A DNA stretch of 64,000 nt, from the NCBI GenBank assembly GCA_965112735.1, contig OZ218954.1, forward strand, positions 186,001 to 250,000. The letters run 5' to 3'. Under the pieces are notes generated by a model. It had not been told where the DNA came from. It saw only the letters and a list, made by a program, of their open reading frames with translations, and did no database searches. The translations under genes were made by a program, and so were the position numbers. Positions 11,952 to 25,350 of the stretch are shown one piece after another (the stretch's first letter is position 1; the number at the start of each line of letters is the position of its first letter). Source of the stretch: Phaeosaccion multiseriatum. Its lineage: Eukaryota > Protista > Ochrophyta, other classes.

Positions 11952-14900
11952 GCGCACGGGCGATACAGGACGGGGGCGGGCTTTGAACATGGGGTGGACG
12001 GCAGTGGATGGCAGTGGATGGCAGTGGGTGGACTCATTCGTAGTTTACTCCACTCACTATCATGCTGACACCACCCACCCTGTCTAGCGTACTGAAACTC
12101 AACCACCCTGTCTAGTGTACTGAAACTCATCCACCCTGTCTAGTGTACTGAAACTCACGTGGGCACCCTGAGGACAAAGACGTTGCCGAACTTGTCCCCC
12201 CCCACCACGGTATCAAGGTCTAGGACGGCCGCCTTGGTCATCAGCCTGTATACCATATGGCAATGAATTAGTAATATGGCAATGAATTAGTGAGGTCATC
12301 AGCCTGTATACCGTACGGCAATGAGTAAGTAGGTCCGTCAAATAAATGAATCAGGTGCGTCGTGAATGAGCAATCGGAGAATGACATGTGCAATGAAGGA
12401 AAGAAGCAGGGTAAGCAGTGGATGGCAGTGGATGGTGAGGCAAGCAGGATATCCTTCCCGTCCACTGCCATCCTTTTCCCTCCTTCCCCTCACCATCCAC
12501 TGCCATCCCCTTACCTCGGCACCGAGTCGTCGGCGAAGATGACAAGTTGGTTCTCCGTTCTACGATACTTGACGAAGTGCACTGACTCATGCATGTCCCC
12601 ACAGAAGATGCGGTCCCCTGATGGATGGATGGCAGTGGATGGATGGAGTGCACAGGGGGGCATGGGGCATGGCAGTGGATGGATTGATCAGAAATGGGGG
12701 GGGGCGCGGTGTATACATTAGAGGGGGTGAGGTGGATGGACAGTACATCAACATCAACACAGTCATCCGCGTCCACCTGCTCCTACCTGCGGTAGTGAGC
12801 GAAACGATCATGCTTGGGAAGGATTTGTTCTCGCACTTTCGCAGCAAGCGCTTCATGCCTGGTGACACGACAAGCACAGAGAGAGAGAAAGAGAGACCGA
12901 GGCGTATCGGCAGAGAGGAGGGAGGGAAGGAGGGAAGGAGGGAGGGAGGGAGGGAGGAAGGAGGGATGGCAGTGGAAGGAGGGAAGGAGGGATGGCAGTT
13001 GGCAGTGGATGGGTACGATGAGTCATACGCCGCCGAACAATGCAGCAAAGCGAAGCAAATGAGGCACATGACAGCCCTTTAACAACCTGTGAACACCCCG
13101 TTGGCAACCCGTTAACACTCCGTTAACAATGAATGAACGTACCCAAGTCGTAGAGGCGCAGCGTGTTCCCCACCCCCACGAGGAGCCTCTGCTGAAAGCC
13201 GCACATGGCCAACGGGATTTCTGTAACCGCCGTCTTGTGGAGCAGCACCAAGCGGTTCTCCAGCACTCTGTTGTGTTTGCCAGTTGTGAGTTGTGAGTAC
13301 ACGTCCATATCCCTCTCTTGTCCACCCACCCACACCTACCCGCCCGCTCACTCCCTCACTCACTCACACCCCCACCCATCCGCCCGCTCACTCACTCACT
13401 CCCTCACTCACCCACACCCCCACCAGCCCATCCACTCACTTACACCCCCACCCACTCACTCACTCACTCACTCACTCACACCCCCACCCATCCACTCATA
13501 CACCCACCCACCTATAAACGTGTATGAAGCAGCCGGAGTGAGACCGGGGATGGAAGCACAGCTCCTTCGCCGTGCCCACCACCACGAACGTTTCATTCCC
13601 CCTTGAGTGGAAGCACACGGGCACCACACTCAGCGCCGCCTCATTCTCATCTAAATCCAGGCACTCCAGCGTCTCCCCCCCGGGGTCGAGGAGTCGAATA
13701 CACGATGCCCAACCGCCATCTGTGGCCGGCAGGGGGCCTCGGATGGGCATGGGGGCAATCTCATCATCATCATCCTCCTCCTCTCCCTCCTCCTCTCCCT
13801 CCTCCTCTCCCCCCTTCTTCTTGTTGCTCCCCTCTGTAGTTCCATTGGCTGCTCCTGCTGCTGCTGTGCCATTACTCACATCACCGTCCACCTCCATGCT
13901 ATCCCCCTCCCCCCCTCCCTCCCCCTCCTCTTCCTTGAGGGCCTTGAGCGCCGAGGCACAGCACTCATTCGCATCGGCCTCGACAATGACGAGACGGGGG
14001 GTTTGGCCGGGCAGCTGCGCCACTTGACGAGGGGTGTACTTGAGAGGCACCACTTGCTGGTTAAACAGCTCGCCTGAGTGGTGAGCGCGTTGGTGGTACA
14101 GAGGGCAGGCAGGGATGGATGGAGGGATGGATGGATGGAGGGAGGGAGGGAGGGGGGGAGGGAGGGAGGAATGGAGGAGAGAGTGAGTGAGTGGGTGGGT
14201 GAGGGAGCGAGCGTGTGAGTGAGTGAGTGAGGAAGTGAGTGGGTGGGTGAGTGAGTGAGTAAGTCAGTGAGTCAGCGCCAACTCACCGAGCTGCTCCACG
14301 TTGATGATACGCAGGGTGCTTCCACAGGTGGCGACGATTCCGTCCTGGCAATACTCCGAGTGGAAGGGGGAGGCGTGCTCCAGCATAGCATAGGACAAGG
14401 GCGACATGTGCTGCCTTCCCTGAGGTGGCAGTAGATGGCAGTATATGGCAGGGAGAGAGAGGTCAAATCATACAGAAGAGAGGGAGCGAGTAGCGAGTGA
14501 GAGAGTTGAAGATCAAGACAGATAAGACAATTTGCAATTTGCAGACAAATGGGGGTGGTGGTGAGTTTAGAGTTTTCGGTTCAAGGGAGAGAGAGAGATG
14601 AAGAGAAGAGAGAGAGAGGGAGACAGAGAGAGGAAGAGAAGAGAGAGAAGAGAGAGAGGGAGAGAAGAGAGAAGAGAGAGAGGAGGGAGAGGGAGACAGA
14701 GAGAGAGAAGAGAGAGAGACAGACAGACAGACAGAGAGAGAGAGAGAAGAGAGAAGAGAGAGGGAGAGGGGCTTCACCTGGTGCGAGTAGGCCAGCCAGC
14801 TGCGGGAGGAGAGTTGTAGTACGGCACGGGAGCCCCCGCCAACTGTGACTCGGACCGTCTTGACCGCCGCTGTGCCCAAGAACCGCGCCCGAGTGTCTGT

Positions 14901-16155
14901 GGTGGAGGTGCAGTTTGAGTTTGAGGTTAGAGTGCGAGAGTTTGAGTTTGAATGAAATCAACCAACAGATCCATCACTCCACTCCCATTCACTGCCATCC
15001 CTGACCTGCGAGGGTGCCTGCGAGTGTGTCCACTGCCATCCGCTGACTCACGCCATTGGACAGCCCCACGTGGAGGTGCAGCTGTGATGCAGCCCCTGCC
15101 CCTGCACGTGTTGGTGATACAAGGAGGGCAGGGGGGGAGGAGAGGCGATGAGCGGTAACGGTATGTACGTCCAGTTTAAGGACCTCCAAATTCAATCTCG
15201 AATCGATATCGAGACGCTCCACTTAATCAAAGGAAAGCTAATGGGGAGTCTCTCCCTCTCGATGATACTGATATCGGTGGGCAAGTGACCTGAAACTGAC
15301 ACTCTCAGCTCACCTCCGGATGTGCCATCTGTGAGTGAGTCTACGAAGCACAAACTCTCCGGGGTGCCTTCCCGCATCTTCTGCAGAGAGAGCTTGTCCA
15401 TCAGGGAGTCTCTCTGCAGCAATTGGTGATACAGAGGGCGAGGGGGACGGGGGAGGAAGGGGGGTAGGGTGAGGGAGGGAGGGAGAGGGGGAGGGATTAG
15501 AAGGCGGAAGGGGGAGAGAGAAAGCGGAGAGAGACTCCTACAGGAGTTGGTGATACGAAACCTACAGGAGTTGGTGATCCATAACTCACAGCCCTACTTG
15601 TACTTGTACCTGCAGAGAGAGGATGGAGACTGTTCCTGACCAATCGCCCACCGCGAGGAAAGGGGCGCGCACTCTCCCTGCAGGCACCTCGCCCACCTCC
15701 AGGCATGATACCTCTGTGGGGGGGATGGCAGTGGACGGTTCAGATGCAATTGGAGTTTCAAGTAAATCGTACTTCTAGCGGCGTCCTCATCCAACAGCTG
15801 TGTGAGTTCTTCCATCGCACCAAACTGCTGGCTCTAACTGCTCTAACTGTTCACTGACTTCCAAAACGTACCTGCCCCCAGTTCCTTGGTGGCCACCTCT
15901 TCGAGGCCCTGCTGGCCATCCCCCCCAAGTTCGAAGTAAATGAGCTCCCCTGAGCCAAGCGAGATGGCCACTTGCCTCTCGTTAGACGCCGCCTGAGAGA
16001 CAGGGGTGCGGCATAGAGGAGCATATAGGTACACAGGGACATACTTTTGAGGAGAGGATAGAAGGGTAGGCATCCCACCCTCCCTCCGTCTCTTGACTCT
16101 CTCATACACACAGGTGCTCACACACACACACACACACATACACACATACACACAC

Positions 16156-16194
<39 letters not shown>

Positions 16195-19100
16195 CCTGCT
16201 CCACTGTCTTCTTGCCCGGCGTGCGCCACTCCACAGGGGGGAGGGTGGTGCCCGGCTTGAGCGTCCGGAGCCCTGCCCCATGCACCTAAAGCAGCAGATG
16301 CAGTTTGAGGTTCAGGGCAGCAGATGCAGTTTTGGGGTTCAGTGCAAGGTGAGGGTGTGCAGTTTCCCTTTCGCTCACTTGATCGATTCGATAACAACGC
16401 CAACCCCAAACTACCTCCAAATTGATCGATTCTGTTCTCCGTAAGATCGATACTTTTATCGATACGATATCTTTGTCGATACGATCGACAATTTATCGAT
16501 ACCTTTATCGATACCCTCACCCCTCACCCTCACCTGCAGCAGCGTATTGTCGGCCAAGAGCTGCACTTGGAGGGTTGGTGCTGTGGCCAAAAAGCCGCTA
16601 TCTGTGACCTCCTCCACCGTCTCACCAACACGCAGCACCAGCGTGGCGTTGGTGAAAGACACGACAATGTATGTGTGGAAATCGTCCTCCCTGCAGAGGG
16701 ATCAATGAGCGAGCGGGTGGGTGAGCGGGTGGGTGGGTGGGTTGGTGGGTGGGTGGGTGAGAGAATGGGCATCCAGTCTAGGACATGTAGACTGTCCCTC
16801 TTCCTCTCTGCTCTCTCTCTTCCGCCCCCCCCCCTCTCCCTCCCTCCCCCTCCCTTCCCCCTCTCTCTCCTGCCCACTTCCGCTCTCTCTCTCTCTCTCA
16901 TGTCTCCCCCAACTCACCTCCGTTGCTTCACCGCCCACACCGCACTAGGGTTGCCTGGCAGGTCCGAAACCGCCAATTCTGTAACGGCAATGCCGTGTCT
17001 GAGCACCCTCAGGCTTGATTGCCCTCCCCTCCCACACAGCGAATAGAGCTGATGGGCGTCCTCCCCTATTGGAGTTGGAGTTTCAGTGGATCAGTGGATC
17101 CAGTTTCGGTGTCAATTTGTACGGTTTCAGGGTTAGCAGAAGCAGACACAGTTTTTATCCATGTCCTACAGTTGTACTATCTTCCATCGAGAAAGAAGCT
17201 CCATCGGAACACTCGAAAGGAAGGCTCAAACTCCAACTCCAACTCACCTGCCAGGTCGGCAACCAGTAAGTCAGTGAGCGGGCAGAGAGACTCAAGCTCG
17301 TCCGTCTGGCTGAGGTTGGTGAGTTTGCCCTGTTTCGGTTTCAGTTTCGGTTTCAGTTTCAGTTGGTCCCGCTCATTCATTCAGTCAGCGTCAGGGTTTG
17401 TGTATGTGCACCTCATCAGCCTCGACAATACGGAGTATCGAACACATCCAAAGGAACGATTGAATAACGAAGCCACCTACTGTACCTGTGGTGTGAAGGT
17501 TGGTGCTACTTTGGCGGCGCTCTCGGCGTCGTCGCCAAGCTCTGGGTCCTCCTCCTTCTCCGCTGTCACCGCGTCATCTGTAAAGTCCCGGGGGGAAGCG
17601 TGTGGGTAGGATAGCAGTGGATGGGGTGAGGTAGGGTGGGTGGGGTTGTGTCTCCCTCCCTCCCTCACCTCCCTCCCTCCCCCTCCCTCCCTCCCTCACC
17701 CCCCTCCCCCCCTCCCTCCCTCCCTCCCTCCCTCCCTCCCTCACGTCCCTCCCTCCCCCTCCCTCCCCCTCCCTCCCTCCCTCACCCCCCTCCCCCCCTC
17801 CCTCCCTCCCTCCCTCCCTCCCTCCCTCCCTCCCTCCCTCCCTCACCTCCCTCCCTCACCTCCCTCCTCCCTCCCTCCCTCCCTCCCTCCCTCCCTCCCC
17901 CCCTCCCTCCCTCCCTCCCTCCAAGGACGCACCATTCCCGAGCGAGTTGAACTCAAAGAGCATGTGATTGGCGAACTCCGCCGCACAGAAGAGCACCCCT
18001 CTCTTGCCGATGCACAGCGCTGTGGCCACAGGGATGGTGTCGAACACGCCCACGGAGATGTTTCGGACGGTCTTACGACCCTCGGCGTTCTCCTCAGACA
18101 CGTCCAGAGTCACCTTGGTTGATTGGTTGGTTGGTTGATTGGTTGATTGGTTGGTTGATTCATTAGTTGGATGATTGAATGGTTGGTTGATTGGTTGATT
18201 GATTGGTTGGTTGATTAGTTGGTTGATTGATTAGTTGGATGATTGAATGGTTGATTGGTTGGTTGATTGATGGGTTGGATGATTGAATGGTTGGTTGATT
18301 GGTTGGTTGATTGGAGGAGTCATTGGTTAGTTGGATGGTTGATTGGTTGGTTGATTGATTAGTTGGATGATTGAATGGTTGATTGGTTGATCGATTAGTT
18401 GGATGATTGAATGGTTGATTGGTTGGTTGATTGGTTGATTGATTGGTTGGTTGACTGGTTGGTTGATTGGTTTGGTTGGTTGGTTGGTTCATTGAATGGC
18501 ATGAGGGCACAGGCAGACGGAGAGGAGGGAGAAGAGACACAACGAAAGAGTTGGGGGAGAAGGGCACTCACAACTGTCGCACGGACACACAACACATCAA
18601 CTCACTACCTCACTGACGTCATCAACTCACCTTATACAGGTCCCCCAGCTCTGTCTGCAACAGGAAGAAGAACATGTTGCTCTGTCTGTGCACCGTCCCT
18701 GCCGTTACGAGCAGTCCACGGGAGGGGGGCATGTCCTTGCGGCGGGGGAGGGCAGCGCGGATCTCGGGGTGGTCCTGAGAGTGTGTTGCGATTCGTTGTG
18801 ACGTTTCGTTTGAATAGTTACGGTACAAGAGGGGGGGGGCGGTGGAATATGCCCAACCCCCCGCCCATGCACTGCTATTCATCCTTCCAGCCCCCTCCAT
18901 ACCCCTTCCCCTCCTCCTCCTCCTCCTTCTCCTCTCCTCCCCCTCCCCCTCCCCGTCCTCCTCCTCTCCCTCCTCCTCCTCCTCCTCCTCCTCCTCCTCC
19001 TCCTCCTCCTCCTCCCCAACCCGCTCTCCCCCATCCACTGCCATCCACTGCCATCCACTGCCATCCACTGCCATCCACTGCTCACACACCTGATGCTTGT

Positions 19101-21393
19101 AGGCCACCCAATTCTCCCCACACACAAGCACCCCACTCGGCCCCAAGTCCCCCCCGGGGACGGGCAGAAGAAGACTCGCAGTGCGTGAAATTGGGTCACT
19201 CCAGGATCGAGTGACGTGATTGAGACCCAAGTCGAGCTGGTAATACACGAGGTGCTTCTCTGCCAACTGTGCTTCCTCGCCAGTGTCGTCCAGGTCGGAC
19301 TCTGTCGAGGGGTTGAGCAGGGGGGGGATGGCAGTGGATGGGAGGGGATGGCAGTGGAGGGGATGGAGGGCGGTGTATAACGGGAGGGGGGTTCGTCAAC
19401 GGACGTGAAGGACGAAGGGTATCAGCGCCAGTTCACCGCAAAAGGGTCACCGCAAAAGGAGGGACAAACGGTCGAGATAGGCACCGCACACTTACACCAC
19501 ACGCAACACGCGGCCGCGCACGTACCCACGCACGCACCCACATATACACATCCCTCCCTCCGTCCTCCCCCCTTTTCAGTGACTTACCGGTATAGTCGAG
19601 CTCAATGGCGGCGAATATCGGATTGTCGAAGCCCACATCAACACCCACAATGCTAAAGCACAGTGCCTGAGGTGGGGGGGTGAAGCGTTACGAGTGGGGG
19701 GGGTGGAGGCAGAGAAGAAAGAGAGGGAGAGAGAGAGGGAGAGAGGGAGAGGAGAGAGAGAGGGAGAGAGAGAGAGGGAGAGAGAGAGAGGGAGAGGAGA
19801 GAGAAAGGCACAGAGAGAGAGGGAAGAGAGAGAACGGCACAGAGAAAAGAGAGGGAGAGGGGCTATGTAACCGCATGAAACCGTATGAAACCGAATGTAA
19901 AATGTATGACAACATTACGTAAGCTTACCTGTCCCTTGTGCGCCTCCAAGGGGGAGCTGATGGTGAGTCTCGACGCGGAGTCTCGATTCATCACGTACAC
20001 AATCTTTTGCTTCTCCAGAGCACCCACCTGGGGATAGAGGCATATGGGAAGGGGAGGGGCTTAGAGGTAAATGGAGAGCCCACGCTCACTCACTCACTCT
20101 CTCTCACTCACTCATTCCCTCTCACATTCACTACCTCCCTCACTGCCTCACTCACTCACCAACTCACTCACTCCCTCGCTCCCTCTCCACCCTCCCTCCC
20201 TCCCTCCCTCCCTCCCTCCCTCCCCTTACTCACCATGATGGCCCTCCCCATGGGGTCCGCAGCGAGGAACTGTCCGGGAACGATCCTCCTGCACCCCGTC
20301 TTGCCGTACGTCTCACAGTGCACGACTTTTAAAGTCGAGGTTTCGGGGTCAAACTCGACAATCACAATCTTTCCGGCATCCGACCCAACTACGCAAAAGT
20401 CCTTTTTGGTCGAGTTCAGTCTGAACGGGATGAGGCTACGCACCACACAGAACACCTGACACCAGGGAGCGACAGAGGAAGGGACGGAGGGAGGGAAGGG
20501 AGGGAGGGAGGGACGGGATGGACGGCTTAGGCAGGGAAGGAGGGAGGAAGGAGGAGGAGGAGGAGCAGGAGGAGGAGGAGGAGCAGGAGGAGGAGGAGGA
20601 GGAGGAGGAGGAGGAGGAGGTGGTGGAGGAGGAGGAGGCACCTAATGGCACTTCTCGCTATGAACATCTCCCTCCCTCTCATGATCTCCTTCCCTTTCCC
20701 TCTCATTCTCTCCTCTTCGCAACTCCCCCCCTCTCTACTTGCTCTGTCTCTTGTCTTTGCAACTCTCTCCTGTTTCTCTCTGTTCCCCACCTCACCTCCC
20801 ATCTCTCTTCCTCTCCTCCTCGCAACTATCCCTTTTTCTACTCCTGTCTCTTGTCTCTTCACCACTCCCAGTCTCTGTTCCTCTTCCTCTCCTCCTCACT
20901 CCTCTCTCCCTTCTTCCTCTCCCTCCCCTACCTCTCGCCTCTCTCGTTCTCACTAACCCTCTTCTCATCTTCGCAACTAACTTCACAGCTCTCACCCGCC
21001 CCCTTTCCCCCTCTTCGCAGCTCTGTCTTCCCCATCCTCTCTTCCCCAATGCACTGTCCAACCCGCTACCCACCCTTGCCCGCCTGAGCCTGATCGACCG
21101 ACACTGATAATCACATGACACTGTTGGGCTCACCCCACTTTCCACTCACTATCAACCCCGTCACCTCATCCATAATGACTCCACTGCTTCGCTGCTCTCC
21201 CTCTCCGTACCTGCTGCTTGACGATGGACACGGTGCGGGGCGCCCCCCCCCCCCCTGTCTCTATCCGCAGCAGCTCCAGCATACTTCCCCGTGCCACCAT
21301 GACCTCATCCGTCTTCCTCGTGCCGCTAAAATTTCCGTGCACGGCGGCATTGATAGACCCGCCTCGCTGCAGACTGAGGTTGAGCAAGTGCAT
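10567..21393 (-). CDS. SF3B3: Splicing factor 3B subunit 3 (SAP130/Rse1), 26 exons
   Basis: Recognisable motifs in the correct order across GT-AG exons: [166 protein letters not shown], ending [10 protein letters not shown]-stop at 10567-10569. Confidence 0.97.
18115..18490. repeat. Degenerate (GGTT/GATT)n microsatellite in an SF3B3 intron
   Basis: Directly visible; abuts the acceptor of the exon starting at 18114 (minus strand). Confidence 0.9.
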
Positions 21394-22010
21394 ATCTTGT
21401 TCCTCTTCCCTGTCTCGCTGCTTTGCCCCTCCTCTCGTGCTGCTGGATTCAGCCTCCTCTCCGCTACCCTAACCCACCCCCACCCCACCAACGGCGGGGT
21501 GCTGGACTGCTACTCCTGTGGCCTTTCTTCCAGTGTGTTCGGGTGCACTACCGCTTGCCGCTTCTTCCCCTTGTTTCCCCTCTTGATACCGTCCCCTCTT
21601 GATATCGTAGGTAATCTTACTCCGCCCTTCCCTTTCAAAAGACTCGACAAGCTTTTGGACAATACACTTCCAGTCGCATTGAAGCACCCAAGCAGACGTC
21701 CTTGTAGCCACCTCCCTTCTCTTCCACGTCCTCTCTAAAAAAGGTTTTGTGGATGGATTCTCTCCCCCTCGTCGTCCACACCAAAGCAGCTCGAGATAAA
21801 GTCGACTCGATGTATTCAGTTTCAGTTTCAGTTTCACGACACACATCCCCCCCCCCTTTCTTGCAAATGTAACTGTCGATCTTTGAGTTGCTCCATTGCT
21901 ACCCCCCGCACAGCAGCACGATGCAGAAGCGAATGTCTATGTCAAATCTTATCTAAGCTGTACAAGGTGTCCCGTACAGACAAGAGAAGAAGAGACAAAG
22001 TAAAAGGGCG

Positions 22011-22736
22011 TCAGAGTGAGCGTTACAGAAGGCATACTGGGATGCCTTGTTATATCGTTACAGAAGGCATATTGGGATGCCTTGTTATATCGTAACAGTG
22101 AGCGAGAGAGGCAAACGGCAGCAGCAGGGATGAAGCTCAAACCAAACAAGGCCGAAGTGACCTCCCGAATTTGACCGAAATAGACCTCCTCGATATCGGG
22201 GCGGGGTAGCCCATACACTTGCATCAGCTTTGTGAAGCTCTTTGGGGGGCCACCCACCATGCTTACACTCACAGATGCTCGACAAAAACGACAATACGCG
22301 TGTCATCACATCGCCAAGCGCAAGAGAGTCCATCCACTGCCATCCCTCCCCCTCCGTCCCTCCCTCTCCCTCCCTCCCTCCCTCCGTATCTTCTCCGCCT
22401 CTGAGGAGACTCAAGCTCTCTTCCTCTCTTCCTCTCTTCCTCTCTTCCTCGTTGACTCAGTCAGCTCTCACACTCTCCGCCCCCTCACCCTTCGCTGCCT
22501 TGGCTCCTGCCTGTACGCTGTTCGAGATGCGCCTACATAGAGCTTGGTCGAGATGCGTCTGTACAGCTTGGCCCCCCTTCTCATAGAAGCTCCACAAAGA
22601 CTACCTCAACGCCGGCAAGGATCTATGTATATGTATGTGCAAGGCAGAGTTTGGCCTTGCGCTTGCCAGTGCTGAGAGTATTGTGGAGCGCCTGTGAGAG
22701 GAAGCCCAAGAAGAGGCCTCACCTCGCCAAAGTCAT
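22011..22736 (-). pseudogene. Possible degenerate 3-exon gene of unknown function
   Basis: Plausible donors (GTGAGG) and a phase-compatible chain MTLAR|SLPALR*SLWSFYEKGG..AAK|ASVSVSMVGGPPKSFTKLMQVYGLPRPDIEEVYFGQIRE. It has an in-frame TAG at 22601-22603 and a transposon in the last exon, and needs a weak GAG acceptor. No recognised domain. Confidence 0.25.
22021..22097. mobile_element. 77-bp minimal copy of the TGTTAC..GTAACA element family with 5-bp TSD
   Basis: GTGAG at 22016-22020 and 22098-22102 flanks CGTTAC...CGTAACA. The body is two tandem copies of GAAGGCATA(C/T)TGGGATGCCTT(GT)TATATCGT, nearly identical to the arms of the element at 29400-29870. Confidence 0.8.
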
Positions 22737-23339
22737 GAAGGGCGAGCGACAGAGGCAAAGAGCAAGACCAAAACTCTCTCTCTCTCTCTCTCTCTCTCGC
22801 CTGTCCGTTCCATCCCTCCAGCAGCAGCTTTGTCCTTTGGGTTGCCCTTCTCTCTCTCTCTCTCTCTCTCTCTTACTCGTTCCCTACCCTCGTTCCCTAC
22901 CCTCCCGCTCTCCAGTCCACTGCTGTCTCCCTCCCTTCTCTCTCTCCCGACGCGAACATTGCCGAAAAATGTTCGAAATGTCTCTCCACCCCTCCTTCCT
23001 TTTGTACCTTTGTCCCTTGGTTCCTTCCTTCGTTCTGTGTCGCTGCCCACACTCCTTCCTCCCTCCCTCCTCCCCTCTCTTTCCTTTCCCTTTCCCCCGG
23101 CGTTGTTTCCCGTTGCCCCTGCCCGCAAGCTGTCACCCCTTACTGCGGGACACCCGTCATGTAGCGCATATGCACATGGAGAGAGCGAGACAGAGCTGCC
23201 ACCCACCCCTGCCGCACAATCCTTCCCATGTGCCTCTGCTCTCCCCTCCCTCACTCCCTCACGCACTCTCTCCCTCCCTTCCTCCCTTCCTCCCTCCATC
23301 CATTCATCCCTCTCTCACTCGTTTCAGTGACATGTTCCG

Positions 23340-24440
23340 CTAGCGGGTTTCCTCAGCGGGTTGTGCAGTAATCCGTTCCACGTGTCCGTGCAGCTCCAAC
23401 ACAAACTCGCGCAGCTTCTCCACCTCCTGCGTGAGGGCCTTGCGGTGGCGCTTTACCTCGTCCTTTCCTGTCTCTAGTCCCGCTGAGGGAGGGGAGAGGG
23501 AGGGGGGGCAGGGGGGAGGGAGAGAGGGCGGAAGGGCGTGAGTAAGTCAGTGAGTGATTGATTGAGTGAGTGAGGGAGTGAGTGGGTGAGGGAGTGAGTG
23601 GGTGAGGGAGTGAGTGGGTGAGGGAGTGAGTGGGTGAGGGAGTGAGTGAGTGAGGGAGTGAGTGAGTGAGGGAGTGAGTGGGTGAGGGAGTGAGTGAGTA
23701 TGGACACAAGTAGCGCGACTGACCTGTGCTGACAGCATCGACGCTCTCAAATTGAAACTTGTCTAATGTGCCCGCCAGCTGTGATGATGAGCCGAAGATG
23801 CAAGTGGGGAGGCAGAGGGATGGAGAAAAACGAAATACATAGAGACACACACAAAAAACAACACACATAGAAAGAGAGATGGAGGGGGTGGAGGCAGGAG
23901 CGGAGATATGAGCTTGAAGGGCATAGACAGAGTCACAGATGCGGAGAGACAGAGTGTAAGGGGGGGGTGTAGACAGATAAGACAAGGAGAGTGAGTGAGG
24001 TTTCCAGTCTTCCATTCCTTGTCTCCTTCCTTCCGTACCCACCATCAAACCCGTGATGCCCCCCCCCCTCCCTCCCTCCTCCTTCTCCTCCTCCTCCTCC
24101 TCCTCCTCCTCCTCCTCCTCCTCCTCCTCCTCCTCCTCCTCCTCCTCCTCCTCTCCCTACCTGCGCTAGACCCTGCTTGCACTTGTAGAGATCCTCCAGC
24201 GTGGAGGCCTCATCCCTTGCCACCTCGTGCAGCTGAGTCGCCTCGTCTTGGAAACTTGTGAACTTCTTCTCCAGCTCGCTCACCATGCCAAAGGCCGTGT
24301 CACTCCGCACTGACAGCTTTCGCACGAACTCCTGGAGTCGGGACAGTGGACGGGCAGTGGATAGCATTGGGTGTGGGTGGGTGGGTGGAGAGTGAGTGAG
24401 TGAGTGAGTCCTGGCCGTTCTCATGTGTCGTCCCTCTAGA

Positions 24441-24479
<39 letters not shown>

Positions 24480-24743
24480 TCACCTCATGCCCGGGGGTCC
24501 TTACAGGGGCTTGTCGGCGCTGCTGCTGTTGCGGTGGTTGTTGTAGTTGTTGTTGGGGAAGAGAGGGAGGGACACAGCCGGGGCGGAGGCGGGTACGGGA
24601 GCGGAGCGAGAGAGGGGCGAAGGAAGGGACGGATGTGCTGTCAAAGAAGGGCAAGGCAAGCACCAACGTTGGACAGACTGAGGTGCTTTTACCTTTTGAT
24701 GTTGTCCTTGTTGCCGTGGCGCATTACTGCTCGGGGTCGCCAT
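23340..24743 (-). CDS. Small BAG-domain-like (Hsp70 co-chaperone) protein, 5 exons
   Basis: Exons 24743-24693, ~24525-24484, 24331-24161, 23778-23724, 23482-23340 join in phase. LAQLAGTLDKFQFESVDAVSTAGLETGKDEVKRHRKALTQEVEKL fits the BAG helix2-helix3 pattern (L..LD.V.....R..RK.L). The first two exons are less certain. Confidence 0.65.
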
Positions 24744-25350
24744 ACTCTCGCACGGCCAAGGCACGTCTCGTCTCGTCTCTTCTCTGCTCTTCTCTTCTCT
24801 TCTCTTCTCTTCCCCACCTTGGTGGTGGTGCGGTTGTGTGGTCCTGTTCACACGAGATGTATATTGCTTTCTTCTAGAGGGACGTTGCAATGTTCTATTT
24901 TGGGATAAGTAGGAGGGAGAGGAAGAGTGCACCGGGCGTCCGGCTAGCAGCCTCCTTGACAACCCTCACGAGCCCTTGAGATAAGACCTTGCTTGTACCG
25001 CCAGAGGAGAAGGAGATAGGGAGCAGTGTTGCTTTGCCCGGGGTAATCGTAATCGTAATCGGGTGCGTGGCTTGTTGGTGCTCCGGGAGTTATCACAAAT
25101 GACTTTCACGTGCTTCCTTTTCCCCTTTTCCCGTCGCTCTCGATGGTCACTGGTTTCTACGCCCCTCGTCCTGAGCGAAGAGGGGCTTTGCCTTCTTGGG
25201 TGGTAACGATAGGACTCGCTCGCCTTGTTTCCTTTTCCACTCACCCCCTTTCTTTCTTACATCTAAGATACAGTACTAGGAAAAAAAATGAAGGGGGCGG
25301 GGGGGAACCAAAGCCGCTTGCTCCCCGTCCTACTCTCCATTGCACGGCAG

